The translations under genes were made by a program, and so were the position numbers. A DNA stretch of 64,000 nucleotides, taken from positions 2,118 to 66,117 of the forward strand of contig JBEKAS010000001.1 in NCBI GenBank assembly GCA_050015795.1, read 5' to 3'. Below the pieces are notes generated by a model. It did no database searches. It worked only from the letters and a program-made list of their open reading frames with translations, and was not told where the DNA came from. Position 1 is the first letter of the stretch. Every line of letters begins with the position of its first letter. Positions 10,047 through 19,601 of the stretch are shown here, piece after piece. This stretch comes from Terracidiphilus sp. (lineage in GTDB: Bacteria; Acidobacteriota; Terriglobia; Terriglobales; Acidobacteriaceae).

Positions 10047-11801
10047 ATGACGTATTCTGTCCGCGAGACGATCCTCATGTCCAGTGAAACTTTTCTGCCT
10101 CCCGGCGCCCGTACGCAATCCGAAGTTTTCGCCGTCCATGGCGCCGATCCCGAGATCCTCGCCTTCGCCATGGCCAAATACTCGCGCTCCGCGCTCTCCA
10201 TGCGCGAGTCCCTGACCGAAATCAGCGCCCAGCGCGCCGAACAGTTCCTGAATACCTTCTACTTCCAGTACGGCCATCGCTCCATCGCCGACCTCGCCCA
10301 CATCGCCTTTGCCGTGGAGCGGCTGAGCCTGCTGGCCGCCGTCGTCCTCGTCGACGAGGCCCGCTGGGACGGCCAGGAACGGTCGACACGTTATCAAAAT
10401 TTCCTCGAATCCGGCTGGTATTTTCCTGGTTTTGGTGAAGATTCTGCCTCAGCCCACCTTTACTCGCAAACCGTCGAAAATCTTTTCGGCGCCTATCAGC
10501 GCGTTTCCGCCGCCGTTCTCGATCTGCTCCGCGGCAGCGTCGCCCGCCCCGAGACGCTCAAGCCCGAAGCTTATGAGCGCACGCTCCGCGCCCGCGCGTT
10601 CGACGTGGCCCGCTATCTGCTGCCGCTTGCCACCAACACGTCGCTTGGGCAAATTGTGAGCGCCCGCACCCTCGAAACACAGGTCTCGCGGCTGCTCTCA
10701 AGCCCCACTGCCGAGGTGCGCCTGCTGGGTGAAAAACTTCGCGAGGCCGCCATTGGCCCCGCCTGGAACCTGAACGCCCGCGCTGCCCAGGCCTTCATCG
10801 ACAAACTCTCAGCCGCTGAAAAACAGGTGTCAGGTTTCAGGTGTCAGGGGTCGGAAGAACAGGGACTAGGGACTAGGGACTTAGGGATTAGCCATCAGGG
10901 AGCGCGGAGCGTAGCCCCTGAGGGAAGTTTTTCTTCTTTAGCCGCTGAAGCCGCCGCGCTTTTCACCCGCGAGATCCGGACCGCGCCGACGCTGGTCAAA
11001 TACGCACAGGCCAATCCTTATCTCATCCAAGCTCAGGCCGAGTTGGCGCAGGCTGCGGCGGAGGTTCTGAAGAATCTGCCCATCGCGCCGGCGCCGCTCG
11101 TCGACCTGGTGGAGCGCACGGAATCACTGGAAGTCGAGCTCACCGCAACCCTTCTCTACTCAGCCAGCCACCACCCCTATCGATCGATTCGCGATCTTGT
11201 TTCGGGGCTTCCGAGCTCTCAAGTTTCGGAGATCACAGAACTCGGTTTGAAGCACCGCGGCCGCCACGACGAGACGCTGCGCGCTTTTCAAGCCGGAGCC
11301 GTGCTGCGGTTCGATTTGCTTATGGACATCGGCGGCTTCCGCGACATGCACCGCCATCGCCGCTGCACGCAAATTATCCAGGGATTCACTTCGCAGCACG
11401 GATACGAGACTCCGGGCGCGGGCGATCTGCCGGCCGGGCCGGGCGATGATTCGAAAGGCGATTTCGACATTCTGGCCGCGTCCGGAGTTCTCGCCGACTA
11501 CCGCTCCGCCGTCGAATCCGCGCACCGCGCCGCCGCTCAAATCGCCGCCGGCCCCGCTCCCGAGGCCGCGCAATCGGCGCAGTATCTCTTCCCGCTGGCT
11601 ACGCGTATCCGCGCCCTCTTCAAGATGGATTTCGCCGAGGCCCAGTACATCACGGAGCTGCGTTCGGGCCCCGCCGGCCATTTCAGCTACCGCCGCGTGG
11701 CCTGGGAGATGTTTTTAGCCCTGCAGCGTCAGCACCCATCGCTCGCCGAGCACATCCGGGTCACGGACTTTACGCAGCCGATCGACCTGTTCCAGAGGTG
11801 A
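10047..11801 (+). CDS. thyX: FAD-dependent thymidylate synthase, tandem-domain ThyX
   Basis: YGHRSIADLAH, QERSTRY and ARYLLPLATNT in the first domain. FRDMHRHR and ELRS...GHFSYR in the second. Confidence 0.85.
   Translation: MTYSVRETILMSSETFLPPGARTQSEVFAVHGADPEILAFAMAKYSRSALSMRESLTEISAQRAEQFLNTFYFQYGHRSIADLAHIAFAVERLSLLAAVVLVDEARWDGQERSTRYQNFLESGWYFPGFGEDSASAHLYSQTVENLFGAYQRVSAAVLDLLRGSVARPETLKPEAYERTLRARAFDVARYLLPLATNTSLGQIVSARTLETQVSRLLSSPTAEVRLLGEKLREAAIGPAWNLNARAAQAFIDKLSAAEKQVSGFRCQGSEEQGLGTRDLGISHQGARSVAPEGSFSSLAAEAAALFTREIRTAPTLVKYAQANPYLIQAQAELAQAAAEVLKNLPIAPAPLVDLVERTESLEVELTATLLYSASHHPYRSIRDLVSGLPSSQVSEITELGLKHRGRHDETLRAFQAGAVLRFDLLMDIGGFRDMHRHRRCTQIIQGFTSQHGYETPGAGDLPAGPGDDSKGDFDILAASGVLADYRSAVESAHRAAAQIAAGPAPEAAQSAQYLFPLATRIRALFKMDFAEAQYITELRSGPAGHFSYRRVAWEMFLALQRQHPSLAEHIRVTDFTQPIDLFQR
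10808..10950. repeat. In-frame mosaic of heptamer arrays and REP fragments inside thyX
   Basis: (CAGGTGT/CAGGTTT)n, (AGGGACT)x3, agcccctgaggg and tttagccgctga. Confidence 0.7.
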
Positions 11802-11809
11802 AGGAAAGC

Positions 11810-12200
11810 AGGGAGCGAGGGAGCAAGGGAACAAGGGAACAAGGGATCGAGGGACCGAGAAGACAGGGATTTGGGAGTAGTCAATAGGGTGTAGACGCGC
11901 ACTTCCCACCCTTTCCGCAAAATGTGCGGAAAGGATGGGGCACGCTCGAACGCGGACGGGGACGTCCGCGTTACAGCCGGCCGGGAGGCCGGCGCTACGT
12001 GTAAGCGCGGAAAGGATGGGGCACGCTCGAACGCGGACGGGGACGTCCGCGTTACAGCCGTTCCACCAGCCCACGGACGAAGACCTGTCCGCGGGGGCCC
12101 CGGGCCGGGAGGCCGGCGCTACGTGTAAGCGCGGAAAGGATGGGGCACGGTTAGCGCTGGCGCGGTGCCGTTTTCTTGTTCCCTTGATCCCTTGGTCCCT
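11810..12200. repeat. Mosaic REP cluster flanked by inverted octamer arrays
   Basis: (AGGGAACA)-type array at 11810-11857 and its complement at about 12177-12200. Inside are three hairpin families with two internal ~45-50 bp duplications. Confidence 0.8.
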
Positions 12201-12204
12201 GCTT

Positions 12205-12915
12205 TTACCACCCCATCTGCCGCATGCGGTCCAGGATGATTTCGCTGTAATGATCCATGCGCTCGGGACGCCGCTTGAGCGGCAACGGCAGCACCGCGGC
12301 CAGGCGCGCCGCCTCGTCCCGGTCGATCTTCTGCGCCGAAGTTCCGTAGTAGGTGCGGCTCGCCGCCTCCACGCCATAAATTCCCGGGCCCCATTCCACT
12401 TCGTTGAGGTAAAGCTCCAGAATGCGCTGCTTGCCGAGCACCAGTTCGGCCACCGGAACCAGCGTGAACTCCGCACCCTTGCGCAGAAACGAACGGCCCG
12501 TCCCGAAGAACAGGTTTTTGACCAGCTGCTGCGTGATGGTGGAACCGCCGCGGATGCGGCGCCCGCGCTCCATGTCGTCTTCGGCGGCTATTTCGATGGC
12601 GTGCCAATCGAATCCATGGTGCTGGTAGAAGCGCCCGTCCTCGGCGGCGATCACGGCGTGTTGCAAATCGGGCGAGATCTGGCTCAGGGGAACGAATTGG
12701 TAGCGCAGGCGATAGGGCTTGTGGTGGATCCAGGCCTCGACGCGCCGCTCCATGTGGACCGCGGTGGTGGGCGGATCGACCCACTTGGCGGCGACCAAGG
12801 TCAGCGCGGCCAGAAGCCAGCAACCTACGACACCGATTACCAGACCCAGCAGAATCGAGCGCAGGGGAACCTTCCGACGCGGCGTTTTCGGAGGTATGGT
12901 TGGGTTGGCAGTCAC
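12205..12915 (-). CDS. mtgA: Monofunctional biosynthetic peptidoglycan transglycosylase
   Basis: N-terminal TM and GT51 motifs EDGRFYQHHGFD, GGSTITQQLVKN and ILELYLNEVEWG. Confidence 0.92.
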   Translation of the reverse strand: MTANPTIPPKTPRRKVPLRSILLGLVIGVVGCWLLAALTLVAAKWVDPPTTAVHMERRVEAWIHHKPYRLRYQFVPLSQISPDLQHAVIAAEDGRFYQHHGFDWHAIEIAAEDDMERGRRIRGGSTITQQLVKNLFFGTGRSFLRKGAEFTLVPVAELVLGKQRILELYLNEVEWGPGIYGVEAASRTYYGTSAQKIDRDEAARLAAVLPLPLKRRPERMDHYSEIILDRMRQMGW

Positions 12916-13042
12916 ATTTCAGGATAATCGTGGGGGCGCTAACCAGGCTTTGCCAGGGTAAGACATCGCGGATTCGCTGACTCGGAGCCCTGCCGCGCGA
13001 ACCGGTCTCCCGTCTCCCTTGTGCGAAAATTGAACCTTGCAC

Positions 13043-14128
13043 ATGCAGTCCAGCTTTCGCCTGCTCGTGGTCCGTTTGGGCGCCATGGGCGACATTCTTC
13101 ACGCGCTGCCCGCGGTGACGGCGCTGCGCCAGGCGCATCCCGCGTGGCAGATCGGCTGGGTTGTCGAGCCGCGCTGGCAGGCGCTGCTGGCTGCAGAGAT
13201 CAGAGATCGGAGATCAGAGATCAGCGAGGCCCGCGGCAGTGCCATGCCGGTTGTTGACGGGCTGCACTTTGCTGCCAGCCGCGCCTGGAAGCGCCATCCG
13301 TTGAGCGGCAAGACCCTAAGCCAGATCAAGGAGCTGCGCCGCGAGCTGCGCGCCGCTGAGTACGACGCGATGCTCGACCTGCAGGGCGCCATCCGCTCGG
13401 CCGTGATTGGACGCATGGCCGGCTGCGTGCGCCGCATTGGCGAGGCGCGGCCGCGCGAGTGGCCTGCACAATGGTTCTTCACCGAGCGCATTGTTACGCA
13501 CGGCGCGCACGTGATTGAGCAGGATGTGGAGCTGGCCTCGGCCGTGGCCGGCGATCCTCTTACGGCCGCGGAGCCTTTACTGCCCGTCGACCCCGAGGCC
13601 GAAAGCTGGTGTGGCGATTGGCTCGCGGAGCGCGTGGCTCCAGCCGGAGCGTGGCCGCTGGCGCTCATCACTCCCGGAGCAGGCTGGGGCGCCAAGCGCT
13701 GGCCGCCCGAGCGCTACGCGGCCGTCGCAAAAGGCCTGAAAGACCGCGGCATGCAGGTGCTGGTCAACGCTCCCCCAGGAGAAGAATCGCTGGCCGCGCC
13801 CATCACGGCGGGCGGCGCCGCGGTTCCCGTCACCACCACGCTTCCGCAGTTGATCGCGCTCACACGCCGCATCGCTCTCTGCGTCGGCGGCGACACAGGG
13901 CCGCTGCATCTCGCTTCAGCTCTCGGCCGGCCCGTGGTGGGCATCTACGGACCCACCGATCCCAGCCGCAACGGGCCGTACGGTACAAGAGCCCGCGTAC
14001 TGCGCAGCCCCGACAGCCGCCGCGACCACTCCCGCCGCGATGCACCCGAACCGGGCTTGCTGACGATCGCACCGGAAGACGTGCTGCGCGCGACGGATGA
14101 ATTGCTGGCCGAGGAGCGCGTGCAATGA
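13043..14128 (+). CDS. Glycosyltransferase family 9 (LPS heptosyltransferase-like)
   Basis: VVRLGAMGDILH, DLQGAIRS, PGAGWGAKRWP and GGDTGPLHLA. Confidence 0.88.
   Translation: MQSSFRLLVVRLGAMGDILHALPAVTALRQAHPAWQIGWVVEPRWQALLAAEIRDRRSEISEARGSAMPVVDGLHFAASRAWKRHPLSGKTLSQIKELRRELRAAEYDAMLDLQGAIRSAVIGRMAGCVRRIGEARPREWPAQWFFTERIVTHGAHVIEQDVELASAVAGDPLTAAEPLLPVDPEAESWCGDWLAERVAPAGAWPLALITPGAGWGAKRWPPERYAAVAKGLKDRGMQVLVNAPPGEESLAAPITAGGAAVPVTTTLPQLIALTRRIALCVGGDTGPLHLASALGRPVVGIYGPTDPSRNGPYGTRARVLRSPDSRRDHSRRDAPEPGLLTIAPEDVLRATDELLAEERVQ
13195..13222. repeat. (AGAGATC)x4 heptamer array, in frame in the GT9 gene
   Basis: agagatc agagatc ggagatc agagatc encodes EIRDRRSEI. Confidence 0.75.
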
Positions 14129-14778
14129 TTCAGCACTCCGCTCCTCCAAAGGTCGGCTCGATGCAATGGTGGCAATGGCTGGCGCGGCGCATTCGTGTGC
14201 CGCTGGGCTTTGTTACTGCCGCGGTTTATGTCTTTGAGGTTGCCCGGCATCCCGCGCACACGAGAGCCATCGCGTGGAGCCTGGTGCTGGTTCTGCCAGG
14301 CCTCATGTTGCGCGCCGCCGCTTCTGGCACGGTGAAAAAGAATCGCGAGCTCGCCGTCACCGGTCCCTACGCCTACACGCGCAATCCGCTTTACCTGGGT
14401 TCGATGCTGATGGCCGCGGGCTTTGCCGTGGCCTTGCTCAGTTGGCCGCTGGCGCTGCTCCTCGCGGCAGGCTTCGCCGTCATCTACATTCCCGTGATCG
14501 CCGCGGAGGAGCAATTTCTTCGCGACACTTTTCCGGGTTTCGAGGACTATTGCCGACGGGTTCCCAGACTTCTGCCCCGGTTCACTCCGGCCAAAGCCCT
14601 GGACGGTCGGGCAGTTCCGAGCGATGCACTGGCCGCCGGCGCGCCTGACGTCGGCTTCTCCTTTGCCCTTTACCGCCAGCATCGCGAGTACAATGCTGCA
14701 ATAGGGGCCGCACTGCTGTACTTGAGTTTGCTCTATCTGCGGCCGGTGCTGGAGGCGCTCCTGGACCGGTACCGGTAA
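14125..14778 (+). CDS. Isoprenylcysteine carboxyl methyltransferase / PEMT family membrane protein
   Basis: LAVTGPYAYTRNPLYLGS, AEEQFL...F.DYCRRVPR. ATGA overlap with the GT9 gene. Confidence 0.8.
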   Translation: MIQHSAPPKVGSMQWWQWLARRIRVPLGFVTAAVYVFEVARHPAHTRAIAWSLVLVLPGLMLRAAASGTVKKNRELAVTGPYAYTRNPLYLGSMLMAAGFAVALLSWPLALLLAAGFAVIYIPVIAAEEQFLRDTFPGFEDYCRRVPRLLPRFTPAKALDGRAVPSDALAAGAPDVGFSFALYRQHREYNAAIGAALLYLSLLYLRPVLEALLDRYR

Positions 14779-14783
14779 GCACT

Positions 14784-15617
14784 TTGCGCAACCGCGGAGT
14801 CCAACAAAACAGGATCGCTCTAACCCTTAAGGAGCCGTGCCGAACATTGAAGACACGCGCGAACGCAGTCAGCCTCTTTTGCGCATTTGCCCTGGCAGCA
14901 GCGGCCTATGGCCAGCAGGCCACTACGCTTGCGCCGCCGCGTCCCGGCTACAGCTTTCCCCAGAAGCAAACCCTCACCTACGCCGTGGATTGGCGTGTGT
15001 TCCCCGCGGGCACAGCGGTGATCCACTTTGAGGCAGCAGGCGACCGCGAGCGCATCGCCGCCTCTGCCGACACCAGCGGCGCCATCAATTTGCTGTTTCA
15101 CGTGGCGGACCGCTTCCAGTCCGACTTTGACCGCCAGCGCGGCTGCACCTACGACTTCGACAAGCAGACTGTGGAAGGACGCCGGCAGATCAACTCCACG
15201 CAAAGGCTGGACTATGCGAATGGGAAGTCGATACTGGATGAAAAGAACCAGGTGACAGGACAGGCCAAGCATGCTGAAGCGGTAGTGAACGGCTGCCTCA
15301 CCGATCTCCTTACCGGCGTGTTCTACGCCTCGTCGCAGCCGATGGCGCTGGGCCACAACTTCGTGATTCCCGTAGTGGATGCCATGCGCACCGTGCTGGT
15401 GACCATGAAAATCGAGGGAAGCGAAGAGATCAAGACCTCTCTCGGCACGTTCAAAACGCTTCGTGTGCAGCCGACCGCGGATGCAGGCGTGGTGAAGAAT
15501 CGCGGCAACATCTGGATCTGGTACACGGACGACGAGCGGCATTTGCCAGTGCAGATGCGTGCGCGGCTCTTCTGGGGAACGATTACGTTTCGGCTGATCG
15601 GAAATGAGAATAGGTGA
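14784..15617 (+). CDS. DUF3108 domain protein
   Basis: Signal-like hydrophobic stretch, LTYAVDWRVFPAG, and IWYTDDERHLPV at the C-terminus. Confidence 0.72.
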   Translation: MRNRGVQQNRIALTLKEPCRTLKTRANAVSLFCAFALAAAAYGQQATTLAPPRPGYSFPQKQTLTYAVDWRVFPAGTAVIHFEAAGDRERIAASADTSGAINLLFHVADRFQSDFDRQRGCTYDFDKQTVEGRRQINSTQRLDYANGKSILDEKNQVTGQAKHAEAVVNGCLTDLLTGVFYASSQPMALGHNFVIPVVDAMRTVLVTMKIEGSEEIKTSLGTFKTLRVQPTADAGVVKNRGNIWIWYTDDERHLPVQMRARLFWGTITFRLIGNENR

Positions 15618-15626
15618 GCTGCCGGC

Positions 15627-15710
15627 AGTTCGTAGTGCATTGTTCACAGTTCATAGTTCGCAGTCCTTGTGCCGTGCAAGCAACTGTGAACTGAGGACTG
15701 CGAACTACGA
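15627..15710. repeat. Inverted pair of degenerate heptamer arrays (AGTTCAC-type), forming a hairpin
   Basis: agttcgt agtgcat tgttcac agttcat agttcgc agtcctt ... aactgtgaactgaggactgcgaactacga. Confidence 0.65.
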
Positions 15711-15765
15711 CCTATCCTTCCGGTGTACACTTTCTCTTCGCGAAGTTGAGGGTTTGCTCCGCGCG

Positions 15766-18054
15766 ATGAGGATTTCCATGCGTCTTTCTTCTGCTCTCCT
15801 GGTTTTAGCGGCGGTTTTCGCACTGCCCGGCTTCAGTTCAAGTCAAAACGCAGCGCCTGCGGGCGGGTCTTTGCCGGCGGGGTTGCAAACCGCGCCCGCC
15901 GAGCGGCCCATGAGCCCTTCCGCGAAGCGGCCGATGACATTTGAGGACATGATGCAGATGAAACGGCTGGGCGATACGGCCGTTTCGCCGGACGGGAAAT
16001 GGCTGGCTTACTCCGTGACCACGGTCGATCTTGAAAAAAACACGAAGACAGCGGAGTTGTGGCTGCAGGCGATTGGGGGCGCTTCGGACCAGAGCGCGGC
16101 GCCGTTCAAGCTCGGGGTGGGGCAGCCGGGCGACAGCGGCATGCAGTTTGCTCCCGACGGGCACTCGGTGCTTTTCGTTTCCGGCCGAGAGAATGGCCAG
16201 CAAATCTGGATCGCCGATTTCGATGCGGCGACGGGCGCGTCAGGCAACGCCAGGAAGCTGACGGCGATTGCGACGGGGGCGGACAACGCGAAGTGGTCGC
16301 CGGACTCGAAGTCGATTGTGTTTACGTCGGCGGTTTATCCGGATTGTCCGGCGATTTCGACGGCGGATTTTGCGACGGGGAATCAATGCAACGCCGGCCG
16401 CGACAAGGCGGCAGCCGCGAGTCCGGTGAAGGCGCAGATCTGGACGCACCTTTTGTATCGCCACTGGGACCATTACACGGGAGAGAAGCGGTCGCATCTG
16501 TTTCTGGTTTCGGTCGGGACCGAGGCGATGCGTGACTTGAATCCTGGCGATGTGCACGATGTGCCGCCGTTCTCGCTGGAGGGGAGCGGCTGCGGGTGCG
16601 ATTTTTCGCCGGATGGGAAAGAGCTGGCGTTCACGGAGAATCCTGATCCGGTGCCGGCGATCTCGACGAGCGTGAGCGTCTTTACGCTCGACCTGACGAA
16701 CCCGGCGGCGAAGCCGGTGAAGGTGAGTACATCGGCGGGCGGGAACTTTGATCCGGCGTATTCGCCGGATGGGAAGTGGCTGGCGTGGCGGAGCCAGGCG
16801 CGGGCGGGGTATGAGAGCGATAAGTTTCGGTTAGTGCTATTGGAGCGGGTCAGCAAGTCAGCGAGTCAGCGAGTCAGCTGGCCGACGGTGCGGGACCTGC
16901 TACCGAACTTCGATAACTGGGTGGATGAGTTTGCGTGGGCACCAGATTCGAGGCGGTTGTTCCTTGCCTCGGAGCAGAAGGGTGAAACTCCAGTTCTCAT
17001 CGCTGATATCGAAGGGCACTCGAATTGGGTGAGCTCTTCGGGAGAACTGAGTGACCTACATCCTCTTGCGAACGGGAAGTCAATTCTCGCGTCGAAGATG
17101 GCAGTGGACGCCCCGGCTGAGGTAGTCAAGATCGCGTACTCATGGGACTATGCAGAGGAGCGCGGATACGACATCGTCACGAACAACACCAACGTCGAGA
17201 CAACTCCGCTGACCAACCTCAACGACGCCCTCCTCGCTCAACTCGATCTGCCGAAGATGGAGTCGTTCTGGTTTACGGCTGCGGACAAGACGAAGCTGGA
17301 GGGTTTCCTGATCCGGCCGCCGGGGTTTGATGCTACGAAGAAGTATCCGGTGAAGTTTTTGATTCATGGCGGGCCGCAGGGGAATTGGGGCGACGATTGG
17401 AGTTACCGGTGGAATCCGGAGCTGTTTGCGGCGAACGGGTACGTCGTGATCATGATCAACATGCGCGGGTCGACAGGGTATGGGCAGGCGATTGTGGATG
17501 GCGTGAACGGTGACTGGGGCGGGAAGCCGTTTACCGACCTGATGGAGGGACTGGATTACGCGGAACAGCATTACCCATTTATTGATAAGGACCGCGAGTG
17601 CGCGCTGGGCGCTAGCTACGGCGGATACATGGCGAACTGGGTGCTGGGACATACCAACCGCTTCAAGTGCATTGTGAGCCACGACGGGATGTTCGATGCC
17701 GAGTCGGCGTTTGGGACGACGGAGGAAGACTGGTTCAATATCTGGGAGTTCAAGGGGCATCCGTGGGACTACTACGGCAAGCCGGATGCGGAGAATCCCT
17801 ACAGGAAGTGGTCGCCGTCGCTCTATGCGAAGAACTTTAAGACGCCGACGCTGGTGGTGCACGGGCAATTGGATTACCGGCTGGATGTGAGCGAGGGGTT
17901 CCAGTTGTTTGACACGCTGCAGATGCTGGGCGTGCCGTCGAAGATGCTGTATTTCCCCGATGAGGGCCACTGGGTGCTGAAGCCCAAGAACTCGCAGCTC
18001 TGGTGGAAGACGGTGAATGATTGGGTGGATGAGTGGACGAAGGGCAGGGACTAA
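15766..18054 (+). CDS. S9 family peptidase (prolyl oligopeptidase / acylaminoacyl peptidase)
   Basis: Signal peptide, PD40-like SPDG repeats, IHGGPQ, GASYGG nucleophile, D in GQLDYRL and H in DEGHWV. Confidence 0.92.
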   Translation: MRISMRLSSALLVLAAVFALPGFSSSQNAAPAGGSLPAGLQTAPAERPMSPSAKRPMTFEDMMQMKRLGDTAVSPDGKWLAYSVTTVDLEKNTKTAELWLQAIGGASDQSAAPFKLGVGQPGDSGMQFAPDGHSVLFVSGRENGQQIWIADFDAATGASGNARKLTAIATGADNAKWSPDSKSIVFTSAVYPDCPAISTADFATGNQCNAGRDKAAAASPVKAQIWTHLLYRHWDHYTGEKRSHLFLVSVGTEAMRDLNPGDVHDVPPFSLEGSGCGCDFSPDGKELAFTENPDPVPAISTSVSVFTLDLTNPAAKPVKVSTSAGGNFDPAYSPDGKWLAWRSQARAGYESDKFRLVLLERVSKSASQRVSWPTVRDLLPNFDNWVDEFAWAPDSRRLFLASEQKGETPVLIADIEGHSNWVSSSGELSDLHPLANGKSILASKMAVDAPAEVVKIAYSWDYAEERGYDIVTNNTNVETTPLTNLNDALLAQLDLPKMESFWFTAADKTKLEGFLIRPPGFDATKKYPVKFLIHGGPQGNWGDDWSYRWNPELFAANGYVVIMINMRGSTGYGQAIVDGVNGDWGGKPFTDLMEGLDYAEQHYPFIDKDRECALGASYGGYMANWVLGHTNRFKCIVSHDGMFDAESAFGTTEEDWFNIWEFKGHPWDYYGKPDAENPYRKWSPSLYAKNFKTPTLVVHGQLDYRLDVSEGFQLFDTLQMLGVPSKMLYFPDEGHWVLKPKNSQLWWKTVNDWVDEWTKGRD
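16849..16880. repeat. (GTCAGCGA)x4 octamer array, in frame in the S9 peptidase
   Basis: gtcagcaa gtcagcga gtcagcga gtcagctg encodes VSKSASQRVSW. Confidence 0.75.
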
Positions 18055-18087
18055 GGAACGGGGAACAGGGAACAGGGAACAGGGACA
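18046..18087. repeat. (AGGGAAC)n heptamer array at the S9 stop codon
   Basis: Six imperfect units: agggact aaggaac ggggaac agggaac agggaac agggaca. Confidence 0.8.
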
Positions 18088-18145
18088 CAAGCTTCCGGTG
18101 CGGGCCGTGTAATACAGGAAAGCGGATTTGTAGTACACTTAGTTT

Positions 18146-18421
18146 ATGGGAACAATGGTGCAGGCACGGTTCGACACGAAGGCGGAGGCGGCGCTGAAGA
18201 AGCTGATCCGCAGCAACGGCTGGACCACTTCGCAGGCGCTGCGGGAGTGCGTGCTTCGCGTCTATGAACAGACTGCGGCAAAGCCTCGCCCGCGGCTTGT
18301 TGGAATCGGGTGTGTTGACTTTGGCCCCGGTGACATGGCAACCAACAAGAAGTACCTGAAGGACTTGGGTGTGAAGAGCATGGGCAAGGGCTGGCGCCGG
18401 CCAAAAGATCGTGCGAATTGA
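18146..18421 (+). CDS. Putative RHH antitoxin
   Basis: MVQARFDTKAEAALKKLIRSNGWTTSQALRECV. It overlaps the downstream PIN gene by 4 bp. Confidence 0.65.
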   Translation: MGTMVQARFDTKAEAALKKLIRSNGWTTSQALRECVLRVYEQTAAKPRPRLVGIGCVDFGPGDMATNKKYLKDLGVKSMGKGWRRPKDRAN

Positions 18422-18834
18422 CTCGCGTTCTGGTCGATTCGAGTTTCTTTGTGGCGCTTTACAACAAGCGCGAGGCCGCGCACCTTCGCTGCGTTGAAGC
18501 TTACGATGGGTTGGACTCCCAACTGGTCACCTGCGAAGCCTGCATCACAGAGGTATTCCACATCCTCGACCATGCAAGCGCGCCAGTAGATGCCATTTTT
18601 ACAAGCGTCGAAGAAGGTTCGCTGGAGGTCGCTTTCCAACTCGACCTTCATGTGCGTTCGGTTGGTGAACTGATGCGCAGGTACCGCGACACGCCAGCCG
18701 ATTTTGCCGATGCGTGTTTGATTGCGATGGCTAACCAGCTTGGGACCGGCGATATTCTTACGCTCGACGGCGATTTCAAGCACTATCGCTGGCGGCGCAA
18801 CCGCGCCTTCAACCTGCTGATTCCTCTGGATTGA
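18418..18834 (+). CDS. PIN-domain (VapC-like) toxin
   Basis: VLVDSSFFVAL, CITE, DFADACL and ILTLDGDF acidic quartet. Confidence 0.85.
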   Translation: MTRVLVDSSFFVALYNKREAAHLRCVEAYDGLDSQLVTCEACITEVFHILDHASAPVDAIFTSVEEGSLEVAFQLDLHVRSVGELMRRYRDTPADFADACLIAMANQLGTGDILTLDGDFKHYRWRRNRAFNLLIPLD

Positions 18835-19397
18835 TGGTTATGCCGTTCGGCCGCAAACCCGCGAAACCCAGAGCCGCGCTGAGCGAAGCGGGGTTGTACG
18901 AGTATGCCGTGAAGGCGCTGGGGCGGCGGATGCGGTCCGAGGTGGAGTTGCGTCGGCTGATGGCGACGCGGGCGGAGCCGGGGGAGCGCGGCGAGGCGGC
19001 GGTGCGGGCGGTGCTGGGCCGGCTGAGGGAGCACGGCTATTTGAACGATCAGTCCTTTGCCGAGACCTACGCGCGGCTGCGGCAGGAGAACGAGAAGCTG
19101 GGCGCGCGGCGGGTGAGACAGGATCTGCAGCAGAAGGGCGTTCGCGCCGAGGTGATTGAAGAGGCCGTGGGCGCGCGCTACGGCGAGACCAACGAGGAGG
19201 TGCTGGCGCGGGAACACCTGGAGCGGAAGCGGATCAAGAAGCCGGAGAACGAGAAAGAGACGGCGCGCGTGGTGCGGCGGCTGGTGGCGGCGGGATTCGC
19301 GACAGGGACGATCTACAAGATTCTGCGGCGGTGGGATGTGCCGGTGGAGGAGCTGGCGGAGCTGGAGAATCTGGAGGCGGAACGGGGCGAGGAGTGA
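18831..19397 (+). CDS. recX: Regulatory protein RecX
   Basis: YAVKALGRRMRSEVELRR, GYLNDQSFA, GARRVRQDLQQKGV and RRLVAAGF. Confidence 0.88.
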   Translation: MMVMPFGRKPAKPRAALSEAGLYEYAVKALGRRMRSEVELRRLMATRAEPGERGEAAVRAVLGRLREHGYLNDQSFAETYARLRQENEKLGARRVRQDLQQKGVRAEVIEEAVGARYGETNEEVLAREHLERKRIKKPENEKETARVVRRLVAAGFATGTIYKILRRWDVPVEELAELENLEAERGEE

Positions 19398-19407
19398 GAC
19401 GAAGAGC

Positions 19408-19551
19408 AGCTTTTAGCTGCTAGCTCCTAGCTTGCCGTCAGACGGGGGCCGTTGCACATTCGGCCGGGCGGGGACGCCGGCCGCACAGCCGGCCGGGAGG
19501 CCGGCGCTACATGGCGCAGCGACGGTACACAGGTCTGGAGGCCGGCGCTAC
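19408..19551. repeat. Heptamer array (AGCTNNT) plus REP hairpins (ACAGCCGG..GGAGGCCGGCGCTAC family)
   Basis: Four heptamers at 19408-19435. Hairpins at 19461-19483, 19485-19510 and 19529-19551 match those at 11951-11998 and 58111-58136. Confidence 0.7.
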
Positions 19552-19601
19552 ACCTGCGCTCGTTACACCGCTACACTTGCGCCCGTTACACTAAGAGAGC
19601 T

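Noticed and set aside
11905-12150. CRISPR-like array
   Set aside because: The repeated blocks are adjacent duplications of dispersed REP hairpins. There are no unique spacers of regular length and no cas genes.
19452-19601. N-terminal extension of AlaRS in the ORF track
   Set aside because: It is translated REP sequence. ATG 19602 matches the conserved AlaRS start region.
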